A stretch of DNA of 64,000 bases from Candidatus Binatia bacterium (GTDB taxonomy: Bacteria; Desulfobacterota; Binatia; Bin18). Shown here one piece after another: positions 1 to 10,315 of the stretch. The notes under the pieces were generated by a model, which worked only from the letters and a program-made list of their open reading frames with translations, was not told the origin of the DNA and ran no database searches. Both the position numbers and the translations under genes were made by a program. Location: positions 1,856,001 through 1,920,000 of the forward strand of contig OY761159.2 in NCBI GenBank assembly GCA_963664395.2. Direction: 5' to 3'. How positions within the stretch are numbered: the first letter of the stretch is position 1; every line of letters starts with the position of its first letter.

Positions 1-1059
1 TTTCGCAATATCACGCAGCGTGATGTTCTCATCGTATTTTTGATACATCTCAAACAAGCCTCGCGTACCGGGCACGTCCAGGTCCTGGACCGGCACGTCA
101 AGGGCAAACTGAGACAGGTCGAGATCAAAATGCATCGACATTTGGGCCAAAGACGCTTCGAGCGGAATCCGGGCGCGAATGGCGGCATAGCGTTCACGCG
201 CTTCCGACTCGCTGTCTGCCACGAGCGGCTGGCCGGCCCACATGATGGGGATGTCGTTCGGATTACGCCCCAGGCGTTCTGCCCGGCTGGCAATATCCTC
301 ACAAAATGCCCGCATCTGCTTGACGCCGCGAGCGGCACTGAAGATACCCTCGGCGTGTTGGGCGGCAAAGGCCCGCCCACGGTCCGACTGGCCGGCCTGA
401 AACAGAAACGGACGCCGGCGGACAGAGGGCATCACCGTAAATGGTCCCTGGGTCTTATACCACTGCCCCTGAAAATCGACCCGGTGGACTTTGGACGGAT
501 CGGCAAAGACCTTATGCTCCATGTCCATCTGCACCGCATCCGCGTCCCAACTGTTCCACAGGCCGTGACAGACCTGCATATACTCGTCGGCGCGCTCATA
601 GCGGTCGTTGTGCGCCGGCAGGCTGTCCATACCGAAGTTTTTCGCCTCGGCCGTTGAGGTCGAAGACACGATATTCCAGCCAATCCGCCCTTGGGTGAGA
701 TGGTCGAGCGTCGATAAAGTCCGGGCCAGCAGAAACGGCGGGTAAAAGGTCGTGGACATGGTGACGGCAAAGCCGAGTTTTTTGACCACCGCCGAGAGAT
801 AGGTCACCAGAGAGACCGGGTCGTGACTGGGGAATTGGATCGCATAGCGCACTTGATCGGGTTGCGTTCCACCAGCCAGGCTATCCGCGAAAAACAGCAT
901 GTCGAACTTGCCGCGCTCCAGCGTGTGCACCACGGATTCCCAGTATTCGCCCTCGTACCACTTGTGACGGATTTTCTCACGCGGATAGATCCAGGACAGC
1001 GGCATATGCGGAGCTGGGGTAAAAAGCGCGAAGCCGGCAAGATGGATTTGCTTGGGCAT
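1..1059 (-). CDS. NtaA/DmoA-family FMN-dependent monooxygenase (LLM class); 3' end runs off the window
   Basis: Manual translation from ATG 1059: MPKQIHLAGF...LERGKFDMLFFADSL...STTFYPPFLLARTLSTLDHLTQGRIGWNIVSS...QAGQSDRGRAFAAQHAE. Not in the ORF track because it has no stop in the window. Confidence 0.9.
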   Translation of the reverse strand, partial: MPKQIHLAGFALFTPAPHMPLSWIYPREKIRHKWYEGEYWESVVHTLERGKFDMLFFADSLAGGTQPDQVRYAIQFPSHDPVSLVTYLSAVVKKLGFAVTMSTTFYPPFLLARTLSTLDHLTQGRIGWNIVSSTSTAEAKNFGMDSLPAHNDRYERADEYMQVCHGLWNSWDADAVQMDMEHKVFADPSKVHRVDFQGQWYKTQGPFTVMPSVRRRPFLFQAGQSDRGRAFAAQHAEGIFSAARGVKQMRAFCEDIASRAERLGRNPNDIPIMWAGQPLVADSESEARERYAAIRARIPLEASLAQMSMHFDLDLSQFALDVPVQDLDVPGTRGLFEMYQKYDENITLRDIAK

Positions 1060-1176
1060 GGCCGAATCCTCATGAAAGAGACACGAACTTTTACGCTACA
1101 GTACTGCGTTGATGGCGGCCTTGTCGAGCGTCTGTCAAGTGTTGCTCTGAACAACGAACAGTTTTATGCTGAGCGC

Positions 1177-1539
1177 ATGGCACGTAAAAGACACCCAAGG
1201 CGGATTCAACGCAAACGCACGAAGGACTGGAAGATGCCGAAAAACGCCGTCTATGTCGGACGGCCCGGCAAGTGGGGCAATCCGTTCTTTCGCCTCAAGG
1301 AAAAAACAGACATGGCCACAGACCGGGGCTTTCTTGTTGCCGTGTACAAGCTGTGGCTGAATGACCAATTGGTCCCAGGGCTGGCAGCGCTTTTTCAGAG
1401 CGGCGACACGCTCCCGCCCCCGCCTTCACGGGAGACCATTCAACAACAATTCAAAGGGAAGAATCTTGCCTGCTGGTGTCCGCTGGATGATGACTGCCAT
1501 GCGGATGTGCTGCTCGCAATCGCAAACGAGGGAGGATGA
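1177..1539 (+). CDS. DUF4326 domain-containing protein
   Basis: RIQRKRTKDWKMPKNAVYVGRPGKWGNPF and KGKNLACWCPLDDDCHADVL motifs; start reassigned to ATG 1177. Confidence 0.85.
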   Translation: MARKRHPRRIQRKRTKDWKMPKNAVYVGRPGKWGNPFFRLKEKTDMATDRGFLVAVYKLWLNDQLVPGLAALFQSGDTLPPPPSRETIQQQFKGKNLACWCPLDDDCHADVLLAIANEGG

Positions 1540-1555
1540 TAAACAGTCGCTCCAG

Positions 1556-1792
1556 TTACCACCACCCCAGCTCAAACGTATGGATGGCGCGCCGCTTGTA
1601 GTCGTAGAGAGACGTGCCACAAAATCCACACCGCAGCGAAGACCACACCGAGCGCGGGCGAATCGCCGCATGGAGTGGCTTCATATAGTTCTGGTTATCT
1701 TCCAGCAGATCCGCGGTGAGTGCCCAACGCGTTATTTCATATAGCGCATAACCGCACGTCGGCTCTGGGCAGGTCAGGATCATCCCGGCCAT
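1556..1792 (-). CDS. Small hypothetical protein, possible zinc ribbon
   Basis: 78 aa with CPEPTC and CGFC Cys pairs; fills the gap between convergent genes. Confidence 0.5.
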   Translation of the reverse strand: MAGMILTCPEPTCGYALYEITRWALTADLLEDNQNYMKPLHAAIRPRSVWSSLRCGFCGTSLYDYKRRAIHTFELGWW

Positions 1793-1838
1793 AAATGGCC
1801 GATTCGACGCTACACCAACCAAATTATTGCACGCCCTT

Positions 1839-2612
1839 TTACTTGGCTGCGCCAAGTCGTTCCTGCAAACGATTCATGCCTTTGATCCAGCGATCATAGT
1901 CTCCGGTTTTGCGACGCATATATTCCAGGACTTGGGGATGCGGCAAAATCAGAAAACGTTCCTCCCGGAGGCCCTCGACAACAACCTCAGCCAACTCCTC
2001 CGGCTCCATCAAACCGTCAACACTCGCCGCTTGGGTACTCTCATTATTCTCAAGCATCGGAGTTCTGACCGCTTGCGGACACAGCAGTGAGACCTTAATG
2101 CCTTGATGCGCGTGCGTCAGCGCCAACCACTCACCAAAGCCGACCGCGGCATGTTTGGCCACGCCATAGGAGGCCGAACCGATCTGATTGAGCAAACCCG
2201 CGGCAGAGGCGGTATTCAGCAGATAGCCCCCACCACGGGCAATCATGCGCGGCACCAGCGTGCGGGCGGCATAGATGTGTGACATGACGTTGACATCCCA
2301 GCTCTTCTGCCAGACCCCGTCCGAGGTTTCCACGCCACCGGTCACAGCAATGCCGGCATTGGAACAGAACAGATCGATCGGGCCGATGTCATGCTCGGTG
2401 TGGTCAATCACGTTCAGGATGTCACTCTCTTTGGAGACATCGGCCGTCATTGCGACCGAGCCAAGCTCAGCCGCGACTTCAGCCGCTCCGCCGGCATTCA
2501 TGTCCACCACAACCACTGCCCGCGCGCCCTCGGCCGTAAAGCGCCGACACAGCGCTTTGCCAATACCACTCGCCCCACCTGTGACAACGATGATTTTATC
2601 TTTGAGTTCCAC
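1839..2612 (-). CDS. SDR family oxidoreductase
   Basis: VTGGASGIG, NAG, YGVAK; GTG start after GAGGAGG. Confidence 0.93.
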   Translation of the reverse strand: MELKDKIIVVTGGASGIGKALCRRFTAEGARAVVVVDMNAGGAAEVAAELGSVAMTADVSKESDILNVIDHTEHDIGPIDLFCSNAGIAVTGGVETSDGVWQKSWDVNVMSHIYAARTLVPRMIARGGGYLLNTASAAGLLNQIGSASYGVAKHAAVGFGEWLALTHAHQGIKVSLLCPQAVRTPMLENNESTQAASVDGLMEPEELAEVVVEGLREERFLILPHPQVLEYMRRKTGDYDRWIKGMNRLQERLGAAK

Positions 2613-2632
2613 GCCCAGCCTCCTCTGCAACC

Positions 2633-3757
2633 TCAGCCCAACTGATACACCCGGGCGGCATTACCACCAACAATCTTGGCCCACTCTTCTTCAGTGCAGT
2701 CGGCCAGCAGGTCGCTGAGAAACTCCTGGCTCTTGGGAAAAGTCGATTCCTGATGAGGGTAATCGGAGCCCCACAACAGGCTGTCCACGCCAATGACCGC
2801 CCGGTCGCGAATACCCATCTGGTCTTCCTGAAAACTCAAAAAGACGTGGCGATGAAAGAACTCACTCGGCAGGACAGCCTCTTTGAAGCGTGCCCCGGCA
2901 ATCTCCCGCGCGCGCTGAGTGTAATTGTAATCCATGCGGTCAAGGAAGTGCGGCACCCATGACAGCTCCATTTCTACCGATCCGACTTGGAGTTTGGGAT
3001 AGCGTTCAAACACGCCGCTAAAAATCATGTCGGTCAGGCATACCCGTGGCCAGTGATCCAGATTGACAAAAAAGGAGGGCTTGGCCGCATCCAAAAGGAG
3101 GGCTCCAGGGTCATTCGGGTCAGGCCGATTGGTGGTCACATGCAGGCTGATGGGCAGGGCTAAGTCCTGGGCCGCAGCCCAGACGGGTTCGTATTCCGGT
3201 CTGTCGTAGCTCCTGCCGCTCAAGGGCTGAATGGTAACCATGATGCCGCGATGCCCCTGTTTGGCGCAGCGTTCCATTTCCTTGACCCCCGACGGGATAT
3301 CGTCGAGGTTGATCATGGCGATCCCCCTGAGACGGTCCGGAAAGGTGTCGCAGAACTCGGCCAGCCAGTCGTTATAGGCTCGAAACAAGACGGTCAGTAA
3401 CTCGCTGTCCTGAATCCGCTGGTAGAGTTGCAGACCAACGGTTGGATACACCAGCCCCATGTCTATGCCATCGACGTCCATATCTTTGATGTGCTCTTCG
3501 GGGATGTACGCGCCGAGCCGGATATTCTCCACTTTATCCTTAAAGCTCAGGCTGTCCGGGTCCTCGAAGCGCAGGCCGGCCTGGGCGCCGGCCGCCGCGG
3601 TCTGGATTTTGATGCCCTCGCAATACCACCAGTCGTCGCCTTCCTCCGGGATTACCCGTGGGGCGCGCTCGCGAAATTTTTTGTCAAGCCGAGTCGTCCA
3701 CAGGTCGAGAGGCTCATAAATGTGATCGTCCGACGAAATAACTTTGTGCTTTTGCAT
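2633..3757 (-). CDS. Amidohydrolase_2 family protein
   Basis: ISSDDHIYEP, LPISLH, GVFERYPKL, WGSDYPH; AAGGAGG RBS. Confidence 0.93.
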   Translation of the reverse strand: MQKHKVISSDDHIYEPLDLWTTRLDKKFRERAPRVIPEEGDDWWYCEGIKIQTAAAGAQAGLRFEDPDSLSFKDKVENIRLGAYIPEEHIKDMDVDGIDMGLVYPTVGLQLYQRIQDSELLTVLFRAYNDWLAEFCDTFPDRLRGIAMINLDDIPSGVKEMERCAKQGHRGIMVTIQPLSGRSYDRPEYEPVWAAAQDLALPISLHVTTNRPDPNDPGALLLDAAKPSFFVNLDHWPRVCLTDMIFSGVFERYPKLQVGSVEMELSWVPHFLDRMDYNYTQRAREIAGARFKEAVLPSEFFHRHVFLSFQEDQMGIRDRAVIGVDSLLWGSDYPHQESTFPKSQEFLSDLLADCTEEEWAKIVGGNAARVYQLG

Positions 3758-3923
3758 ATGCTCCCTCCTTACGGAAACGGGCTGTTCTGTCCGCATTATC
3801 TGTCTGGAGGGACAATCTTGTCAATCGAGAGTGGGAAAATTCTGTCTCATGCCTTCATTGACCTTTTGGTCCTGCGGCGCTACAGGGAATCTTAGGGATC
3901 AATATTCTTTACAGGAGGAGACT

Positions 3924-4286
3924 ATGGAACTCAAAGTGACCCGTTGGAATAAACCCGAACCACCCACGCAGTCAGAGTTGGCCCGCGCCATGGAGGCCGA
4001 AGGGCTGGCTGCCTATGTCGAAGACGATGAACCCAACCATTCCTATGAGGCGCATATCCACCCGAATGATGAGGTGCTCGTTGCCGTCCTGGGTGAGATC
4101 ACGCTGGGTGTCGGAGACCAGAAGTGGGTGCTCAAACCCGGCGATCGACTCGACCTCCCAGCCAACACGCTGCACTGGGCCGCAACTCCATCAACCGGCC
4201 CGATCCGTTTACTGGGCGCGAGTATTGGAGACAAGCCCGACCCGACCCGAGCAGACCGTTCGGAGGCAACCCGCGCACATCCGTAA
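3924..4286 (+). CDS. Cupin domain protein
   Basis: HIHPNDEVL...LKPGDRLDLPANTLHWA; AGGAGG RBS. Confidence 0.88.
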   Translation: MELKVTRWNKPEPPTQSELARAMEAEGLAAYVEDDEPNHSYEAHIHPNDEVLVAVLGEITLGVGDQKWVLKPGDRLDLPANTLHWAATPSTGPIRLLGASIGDKPDPTRADRSEATRAHP

Positions 4287-4309
4287 GACAGCGCACAGAA
4301 AGGACTCCC

Positions 4310-4711
4310 ATGCCGGCTCGAACCCCTCAGGAAGTTGAAGACCTCTTCCCGAAGGCAATGAACGCCCGCGACATTGACGCGATGCTGGCGCTCTACGAGC
4401 CGGACACGGTATTCGTGCCCGAACCAGGACAGGCTCCGGTCCAAGGAGAGCAGGCTTTACGCGCGCACCTGCGCACGTTTACCGAGGCACATCCTGAGCT
4501 ATCGACTGAGGTCATACACGTCGTGCAGGCTGGCGATATCGCCCTGTCCTGGATTCCCTGGAGTATGAAGCGCACGAGAGCCGACGGTACGCAAGAAACC
4601 ATCTCTGGCCGGGCCGTCAATGTCGTGCGCCGCCAGCCTGACGGCACCTGGCGCACGCTGATCGACAATCCGTTCTTCGAGGCATACTGGGAAACACCAA
4701 CCGAGTCGTAG
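4310..4711 (+). CDS. NTF2-like (SnoaL/DUF4440) protein
   Basis: AMNARDIDAMLALYEPD...VVRRQPDGTWRTLIDNP. Confidence 0.88.
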   Translation: MPARTPQEVEDLFPKAMNARDIDAMLALYEPDTVFVPEPGQAPVQGEQALRAHLRTFTEAHPELSTEVIHVVQAGDIALSWIPWSMKRTRADGTQETISGRAVNVVRRQPDGTWRTLIDNPFFEAYWETPTES

Positions 4712-4724
4712 ATGCTCCGCAGGG

Positions 4725-5918
4725 CTACTTCATCGGTGGCGGAATCTCATGCGGATCGAGGTCCAGTTCTAGCGACCCGAGGCTGGACAGGCAGAAATCG
4801 CTGGGCGGAAACTGAATGGCCCCGACCGTGCCATCCCGGAACAGCCGTTCCAGCGGCGAACTCTTAAACAGAGTATGCGCGCCGCCGAGGGTCAGGGCGT
4901 TGCGCCCGATGCGAGCCACAGCTTCGCCAACCAGATATTTCGCGCGGTAGAGGGCCGCGACAGCATTCTGCGTCGGGCCCTCGGTATCGCTCAACCACGC
5001 CGAGTGGTACACACTCAGTCGCGCCGATTCGAGGTCCGCGTTCATCTCAGCAATCTTGCGCCGCACGTCAGGATGATAAGCCATGGCTTGGGTAAAGCCC
5101 TTCGGCACCCGCTCCTGAACGACCTTCAGGATTTCTGTGTAAATAGCAGCGGCCACACCCAAATAGACCGCCGTATACGAGGCCCAAAACCAGTTGGCCC
5201 CCCGCGCAATTGAAGGAAAGAAATCGTCCGTGTCAAAAACAACCGCCTCTTCCGGCACAAAGCAGTCTTCCAAAAGCAAACAATCACTCCGTGTCCCACG
5301 CATCCCCAAGACATCCCATACGTGTTCTATGGTTTGCCCTGGGGCGTCACGCGGGACCAGAAAAACTATCGCCGCTCCGGGAGTTGTCGCGTCCTCACGG
5401 CGCGCTGGCACCGCCCGAAAGTCGGCCGCACCGACCATGGAAGAAAACATCTTCTTGCCGTTTATGACAAAGCCGCCTTCCACTTGTCTCGCCTGTGTAG
5501 CAGGGGCATACGAAGCCAACAGCGCAGACGTTGACGCCTCAGAAGTCGAGCCGGCAACAAGTATATTGCCATTCACCACCCAGTCTGCTACGCGTTGCTT
5601 GACATCAGATTCAATTTCAATATTTTCCATCAGATAGCCGACCCAGGCCAAATGCATATTGAACGACAGAGCCGTGGCCGGGCAGCCTTGGGCAATCTGT
5701 TCCATTGCGAGCGAGTGGCCGAATAGCTTTTCACCCCAGCCTCCCAAGTCTTTGGGGATATTGAGAGTGTGAAACCCGGCCTCACGCAGCAAAGCATAAT
5801 TCTCAACCGGATTGGTCGCCTCGCGATCGTGCTCAGCCGCCCTGGTTGCAAAGTCTGTCGCCAGTTCCTGGCACTGGGCTTGAATGCGCTTGTGGTGTGT
5901 CGTCAGCTCAAAATTCAT
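4725..5918 (-). CDS. Acyl-CoA dehydrogenase family protein (possibly flavin monooxygenase-type)
   Basis: GCPATALSFNMH, INGKKMFSS, WDVLGMRGTRS, LERLFRD. Confidence 0.9.
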   Translation of the reverse strand: MNFELTTHHKRIQAQCQELATDFATRAAEHDREATNPVENYALLREAGFHTLNIPKDLGGWGEKLFGHSLAMEQIAQGCPATALSFNMHLAWVGYLMENIEIESDVKQRVADWVVNGNILVAGSTSEASTSALLASYAPATQARQVEGGFVINGKKMFSSMVGAADFRAVPARREDATTPGAAIVFLVPRDAPGQTIEHVWDVLGMRGTRSDCLLLEDCFVPEEAVVFDTDDFFPSIARGANWFWASYTAVYLGVAAAIYTEILKVVQERVPKGFTQAMAYHPDVRRKIAEMNADLESARLSVYHSAWLSDTEGPTQNAVAALYRAKYLVGEAVARIGRNALTLGGAHTLFKSSPLERLFRDGTVGAIQFPPSDFCLSSLGSLELDLDPHEIPPPMK

Positions 5919-6058
5919 ACGCTCCCCTTTGCTCTGCTCGGATGCTAGTCTTCGTCATGCACCACAGTCAAGAGAAAAACGCTTTAGCTATCGTCCCCGG
6001 TCGTGGTAAGAGACAGGAATGCAGGCGATGATTTCAGATGATCTCACAGGAGGAGCGC

Positions 6059-6874
6059 ATGGGTATCGTTGATTTTTCTTTAGACGGCAAAGTCGCCATT
6101 GTGACAGGTGGTTCAAAAGGCATCGGACGGGCGATTGCATTGGCTTTTGCAGAACATGGCGCCGATCTTGTTCTTGCCGCGCGCAGACCGGAAGCACTAG
6201 AGCGAGCGAAACAGGATGTCGCCGCGACGGGCCGCCGCGTTTTGACCGTACAGGCAGACATGTCGATCAGCGCGGACTGCGACAAGCTGTATCAGGCAAC
6301 GATTAAGGAGTTCGGCGGTGTCGACATCCTGGTCAATAACGCCGCCGGCGTTTCACTGGTGACCCTGGCCGAGGAAAACGAAGCGGATTTCCTCAGAGTC
6401 ATGAAGACCAATGTCTGGTCGCCGCTGCATTTGGCCCGCTTGTGTCGGGAGTCCATGCGCCAGCGCGGCGGGGGCGCGGTGATTAACATCACGTCAAATG
6501 AGGGTGTCCGGCCGTCCATGGGCATCGGCACGTATGCCCTGTCCAAGGCGGCCCTCATCAATATGGCCCAACTCTTGGGCAAGGAATGGGCGGCCGATAA
6601 AATTCGGGTGACCTGTATCGCGCCGGGTCTGATCCGGACTGACCTGGCAAAGGAATTGGTCGAAGCGGTTGAGACCAGTGGCTCTCCGATCAACCCGCAG
6701 AAGCGGGTAGGCGAACCACACGAAATCGCCGGTTTGGCCGTATTTCTGGCCAGCCCGGCCGGGGCCTTTGCGACCAGTATGACCTATGTGGTTGACGGCG
6801 GTGAGATCAGTGCCGGGCCGGGCGATGTGGTGGTGATGACAGCCGAGGAAACGGTCGCGCAGAGGAAGGACTGA
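6059..6874 (+). CDS. SDR family oxidoreductase
   Basis: VTGGSKGIG, NNAA, YALSK. Confidence 0.93.
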   Translation: MGIVDFSLDGKVAIVTGGSKGIGRAIALAFAEHGADLVLAARRPEALERAKQDVAATGRRVLTVQADMSISADCDKLYQATIKEFGGVDILVNNAAGVSLVTLAEENEADFLRVMKTNVWSPLHLARLCRESMRQRGGGAVINITSNEGVRPSMGIGTYALSKAALINMAQLLGKEWAADKIRVTCIAPGLIRTDLAKELVEAVETSGSPINPQKRVGEPHEIAGLAVFLASPAGAFATSMTYVVDGGEISAGPGDVVVMTAEETVAQRKD

Positions 6875-6915
6875 AGAACGAGTATTTCTAGCGTCTGTTG
6901 TATAGAGGCCGACGG

Positions 6916-7152
6916 CTAACCCAACGCTTGCCGAATGACGCCGGCCACACGCTCCTGTTCTTGCGGCACCTCCGTGGGCTCAACCGGAATCGGCAATCGA
7001 TCCAGCTCGTCTTTGATGACGCCGGTAAGTATCTCTGCCTCACGGGCCGAGAGCTGCCACTGGGCAACGATATCCTCAGGGCTCCACTGGACGACCTGCC
7101 GAAAGCCGTAATCGGCCACCGCTTTATTGGTAATCTCGATTAACTTGTCCAT
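6916..7152 (-). CDS. Small acidic protein resembling the NHLP-clan (Os1348-like)/LigA-like fold
   Basis: LIEITNKAVADYGFRQ...PEDIVAQWQLSAREAEIL pattern; 9 bp downstream of the SDR gene. Confidence 0.6.
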   Translation of the reverse strand: MDKLIEITNKAVADYGFRQVVQWSPEDIVAQWQLSAREAEILTGVIKDELDRLPIPVEPTEVPQEQERVAGVIRQALG

Positions 7153-7161
7153 ACATCCCCC

Positions 7162-7932
7162 TTAGAGCCGACTTGCAACGGACCATGAACCCCCATCAAC
7201 AATAAAGGTTGAACCGCTGATATAGGAAGCTTCATCAGAGGCCAAAAAGAGAATCGTGTTCGCAATCTCCTCGGGCTGACCAATGCGGCCCATGGGATGA
7301 TAGCGGGCCGCTTTCTCTATGGCTTCCGTACTCTGCGTACTCCCTCGGGCCTGCGGTGTGTCTACGAAACCCGGTGCAATGCAGTTCATCCGAATGCCTT
7401 GGGAAGTGTATTGGCTGGCTGCGACTGAGTTGAGATGGATGATCCCGGCTTTACTGACCGCATACGGCAGAGACTGGCTGTAGGCTTGAACACCAGCCAT
7501 AGAGGCAATGTTCACGATTGATCCGCCGCCATTCTTCAGCATGGCCGGGATGGCGGCTTTGCAGCAAAAGAAGAGTCCTTTGAGATTAGTCGACATAATG
7601 AGGTCCCAGTGCCGCTCGTCTACTTCTGCCAGCGGCGGCGTCAGGATGAGGACCCCGGCGGCGTTGACCAAAACGTCAAGGCGGCCAAAACGGTCAACCG
7701 CGTGGTCAACCATATGCGCTACCTGGTCCAGCTTGGACACATCTACGGCAACGGTCTCGATATCCGGACTGATCTTCTGAGCCAGATTTTTGGTCTGCTC
7801 CAGACCACCCAGGTTCCGGTCGGCGGCCACTACCTTGGCCCCCTCTTCGGCAAAGCGGAGGACCGTAGCGCGACCAATACCTGAAGCGCCACCGGTCACA
7901 ATAGCAATTTTGTCTGTCAATCTACCGGCCAT
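7162..7932 (-). CDS. SDR family oxidoreductase
   Basis: VTGGASGIG, NAAG, YAVSK. Confidence 0.93.
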   Translation of the reverse strand: MAGRLTDKIAIVTGGASGIGRATVLRFAEEGAKVVAADRNLGGLEQTKNLAQKISPDIETVAVDVSKLDQVAHMVDHAVDRFGRLDVLVNAAGVLILTPPLAEVDERHWDLIMSTNLKGLFFCCKAAIPAMLKNGGGSIVNIASMAGVQAYSQSLPYAVSKAGIIHLNSVAASQYTSQGIRMNCIAPGFVDTPQARGSTQSTEAIEKAARYHPMGRIGQPEEIANTILFLASDEASYISGSTFIVDGGSWSVASRL

Positions 7933-7998
7933 CTTCTGCCTCCTCTCACGATGTTGGACACGGGTATTCTCGGGCTCTTTTCCGAGACATTCCAGCGC

Positions 7999-9042
7999 TT
8001 ACACAGGCGCGCCCCACGTCAACACGCGCCGTGGATTCTCCACGATCAACGTGTTGATCTGTTCTTCACTGAGTCCGCTTCGACTCAGCATGGGCACGAC
8101 ATTCTTGACCAGGTGAGCGTAGCCCCAGCCGCCGTAGCGGGTGAGTTGGACCTTCATCGCAATATCGTGGGACAGGAGCAATCGCTCTAAACAGCCTGCG
8201 TCAATCAGACGTTTCAGAGCGACGACACTCCCGGCGTCCGAACCCAGGTAGCGGCCAACGCTATCCACATAGAATTCCATGCCAAAGAAATCATACTCAA
8301 CATAAGCGCCACGTGCGGCCAGCGTCGTATGATATGCGATGTCGTCACTGGTCGGACTGAGATGACACAAGATCACCTGATTCGGATTTGCGCCTTCGCT
8401 TTCAAGAATATCAAGGACTTCGATCCCGTTTTTCTGCCACGGCAGCAGATGGACACTAATCGGCGCTCCGGTTCGACGCTGAGAGCGCGCGGCGGCGCGT
8501 AAGACCTTCTGTTCGTTCTCGCGGACCTTGAAGCTGGTGCCTATCTCGCCGATGAGACCGGAGCGCACCCCCGTATCCGCAACGCCTTGCGTGAGATCAC
8601 GTTCAATCTCATCTGCGATCATGTCAACGGACCGATCAAGCATGTCATAGGGATGGGAACGGCCAATATAATAGCCGGAACCCATAATAATATTGATCTC
8701 AGTAGCCTGGGCAACTTCTTGTAAGCCAAGCGGCGTGCGTCCGAGGCCATTATTCGTACAGTCCACCACACTGCTTCCACCGGCAGTCTTGAACCGGCGC
8801 AGTTCCTCAATAGCCAGGGCCGTGTCATCCAGAATACAGTTATCCAGGTTGCCAAAGGGTTCCCGACGAATTGCTCCGAGCGTCGACATTTCTACCGGAG
8901 CATGTACGAATGCCTTTTGCTCCTCGTCTTCCGGTTCTTCACACCACACCCGCAGATCAGTGAGGAGGTGTTCGTGCGTCAGGGTAATCCCCAGTGCCTC
9001 GGGCTCAATCGGGCCAAGAACGGTCATCACTTTGCCTTGCAT
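7999..9042 (-). CDS. Phosphotriesterase-related protein
   Basis: TLTHEHL, GLIGEIG, ISVH, ILCH, LLSHD. Confidence 0.92.
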   Translation of the reverse strand: MQGKVMTVLGPIEPEALGITLTHEHLLTDLRVWCEEPEDEEQKAFVHAPVEMSTLGAIRREPFGNLDNCILDDTALAIEELRRFKTAGGSSVVDCTNNGLGRTPLGLQEVAQATEINIIMGSGYYIGRSHPYDMLDRSVDMIADEIERDLTQGVADTGVRSGLIGEIGTSFKVRENEQKVLRAAARSQRRTGAPISVHLLPWQKNGIEVLDILESEGANPNQVILCHLSPTSDDIAYHTTLAARGAYVEYDFFGMEFYVDSVGRYLGSDAGSVVALKRLIDAGCLERLLLSHDIAMKVQLTRYGGWGYAHLVKNVVPMLSRSGLSEEQINTLIVENPRRVLTWGAPV

Positions 9043-9200
9043 TGCTCTTCCTCCGCCGGAGTCATATTGAGGGAATAGTATTATTGAGGTAGAGGCAGGC
9101 TATACCAACTCATCTTTCAAAGAAAAGAGCGCCAGGTATTTTCTCTCGGTCTTCTTTTTGCAGAGAATCGGTCGCGCTCGGATGACAGGAGGTCTCCAGC

Positions 9201-9749
9201 ATGGCGAACAGTACACGACGCATCGTGACCGGACATGACACACACGGGCGGGCAATGGTCCTATACGACACCCCTGCGCCAGTATTCCACCCAAAGAACA
9301 GGCCGGGTGTTGAGGTAACCACGCTGTGGGTGACAACAGAGACACCCACGAGTGTGACTGACGCAACGGACCGTACGCAGGGTCAGGTCGCCCTGATTCC
9401 TCCCGCGAACGGCACGGTCTTCCGTATTGTCGAGTTTTCGCCGGAAAAAGAGTGGATCGATCAGATAGACCGGGAGGCCGCGCGGGAAAGCTTCGCTTCA
9501 TTCGGTGCGGAGCAGGCTCTGGATGACTCCGAGCAGCCCCGACATCCGCTCATGCACAAGACCGAAACGATTGATTACGCGATTGTCCTTTCGGGTGAAT
9601 GTTATCTGGTACTGGATGATTCTGAGGTACTCGTCACAGCTGGTGATGTCATTATCCAACGCGGCACCAATCACGCCTGGAGCAATCGCTCGGATCAGCC
9701 GTGCCGGATTGCGTTTGTTCTGATAGACGGAACTACTTCCGAGGCATAA
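9201..9749 (+). CDS. Cupin domain protein
   Basis: RRIVTGHD...MHKTETIDYAIVLSGE...QRGTNHAWSNRS. Confidence 0.92.
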   Translation: MANSTRRIVTGHDTHGRAMVLYDTPAPVFHPKNRPGVEVTTLWVTTETPTSVTDATDRTQGQVALIPPANGTVFRIVEFSPEKEWIDQIDREAARESFASFGAEQALDDSEQPRHPLMHKTETIDYAIVLSGECYLVLDDSEVLVTAGDVIIQRGTNHAWSNRSDQPCRIAFVLIDGTTSEA

Positions 9750-9806
9750 GGGAACCACGAAGTCCTATTGCCGTAACTCCCCAAGTTGCTTAGGCTGGCA
9801 CCTCAT

Positions 9807-10315
9807 ATGAAGAAACGCCTGCCATTTATTTGGCCGTGGACGCCGAAAAGCTTGAGCAAATGCGTATCATCCTGGACAAATATACGATTCGCGCTCCGTG
9901 CAACTGCACGGTTCAGACCCGTTTGATTCGAGCCGGTGAGTACGTCAATCCAGGGACGGGTATTGCGACCCTGCTCGACCCGCTCGATAAATATGTCCGC
10001 GTCTACGTCCCTGTGCCCGACTTGGACAAAGTCCATGTTGGCGACAGCGTCACTATTGAACCTGACGCCCTGCCTGGTGTGCTTATTCCCGGTGAGATCA
10101 GCTTCATGGAAGACATCGCCCAGTTCACGCCCAAAAATATTGAAATCAAGAGCGACCGGATTACCCAAGTATTTGCGACCAAAGTGCGCATTTTAGACCA
10201 ACTCGAACGCCTGAAACCGGGTATGGAAGGAACCGCGTACTTGAACAGCGCGCGTCAGACCGAGCAGCCTGACGAGCCGACGGAGCGTCTCCAAGAGGCG
10301 CAGGCCTCGCCATGA
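9807..10315 (+). pseudogene. HlyD-family membrane fusion protein with internal deletion
   Basis: C-terminal half only (TIRAP, GEYV, QFTPKNI, LKPGM). An out-of-frame N-terminus MKKRLPFI starts at 9807. Confidence 0.7.

Noticed and set aside
823-1176. N-terminal extension of the DUF4326 ORF
   Set aside because: Overlaps the monooxygenase gene on the opposite strand; domain similarity begins at ATG 1177
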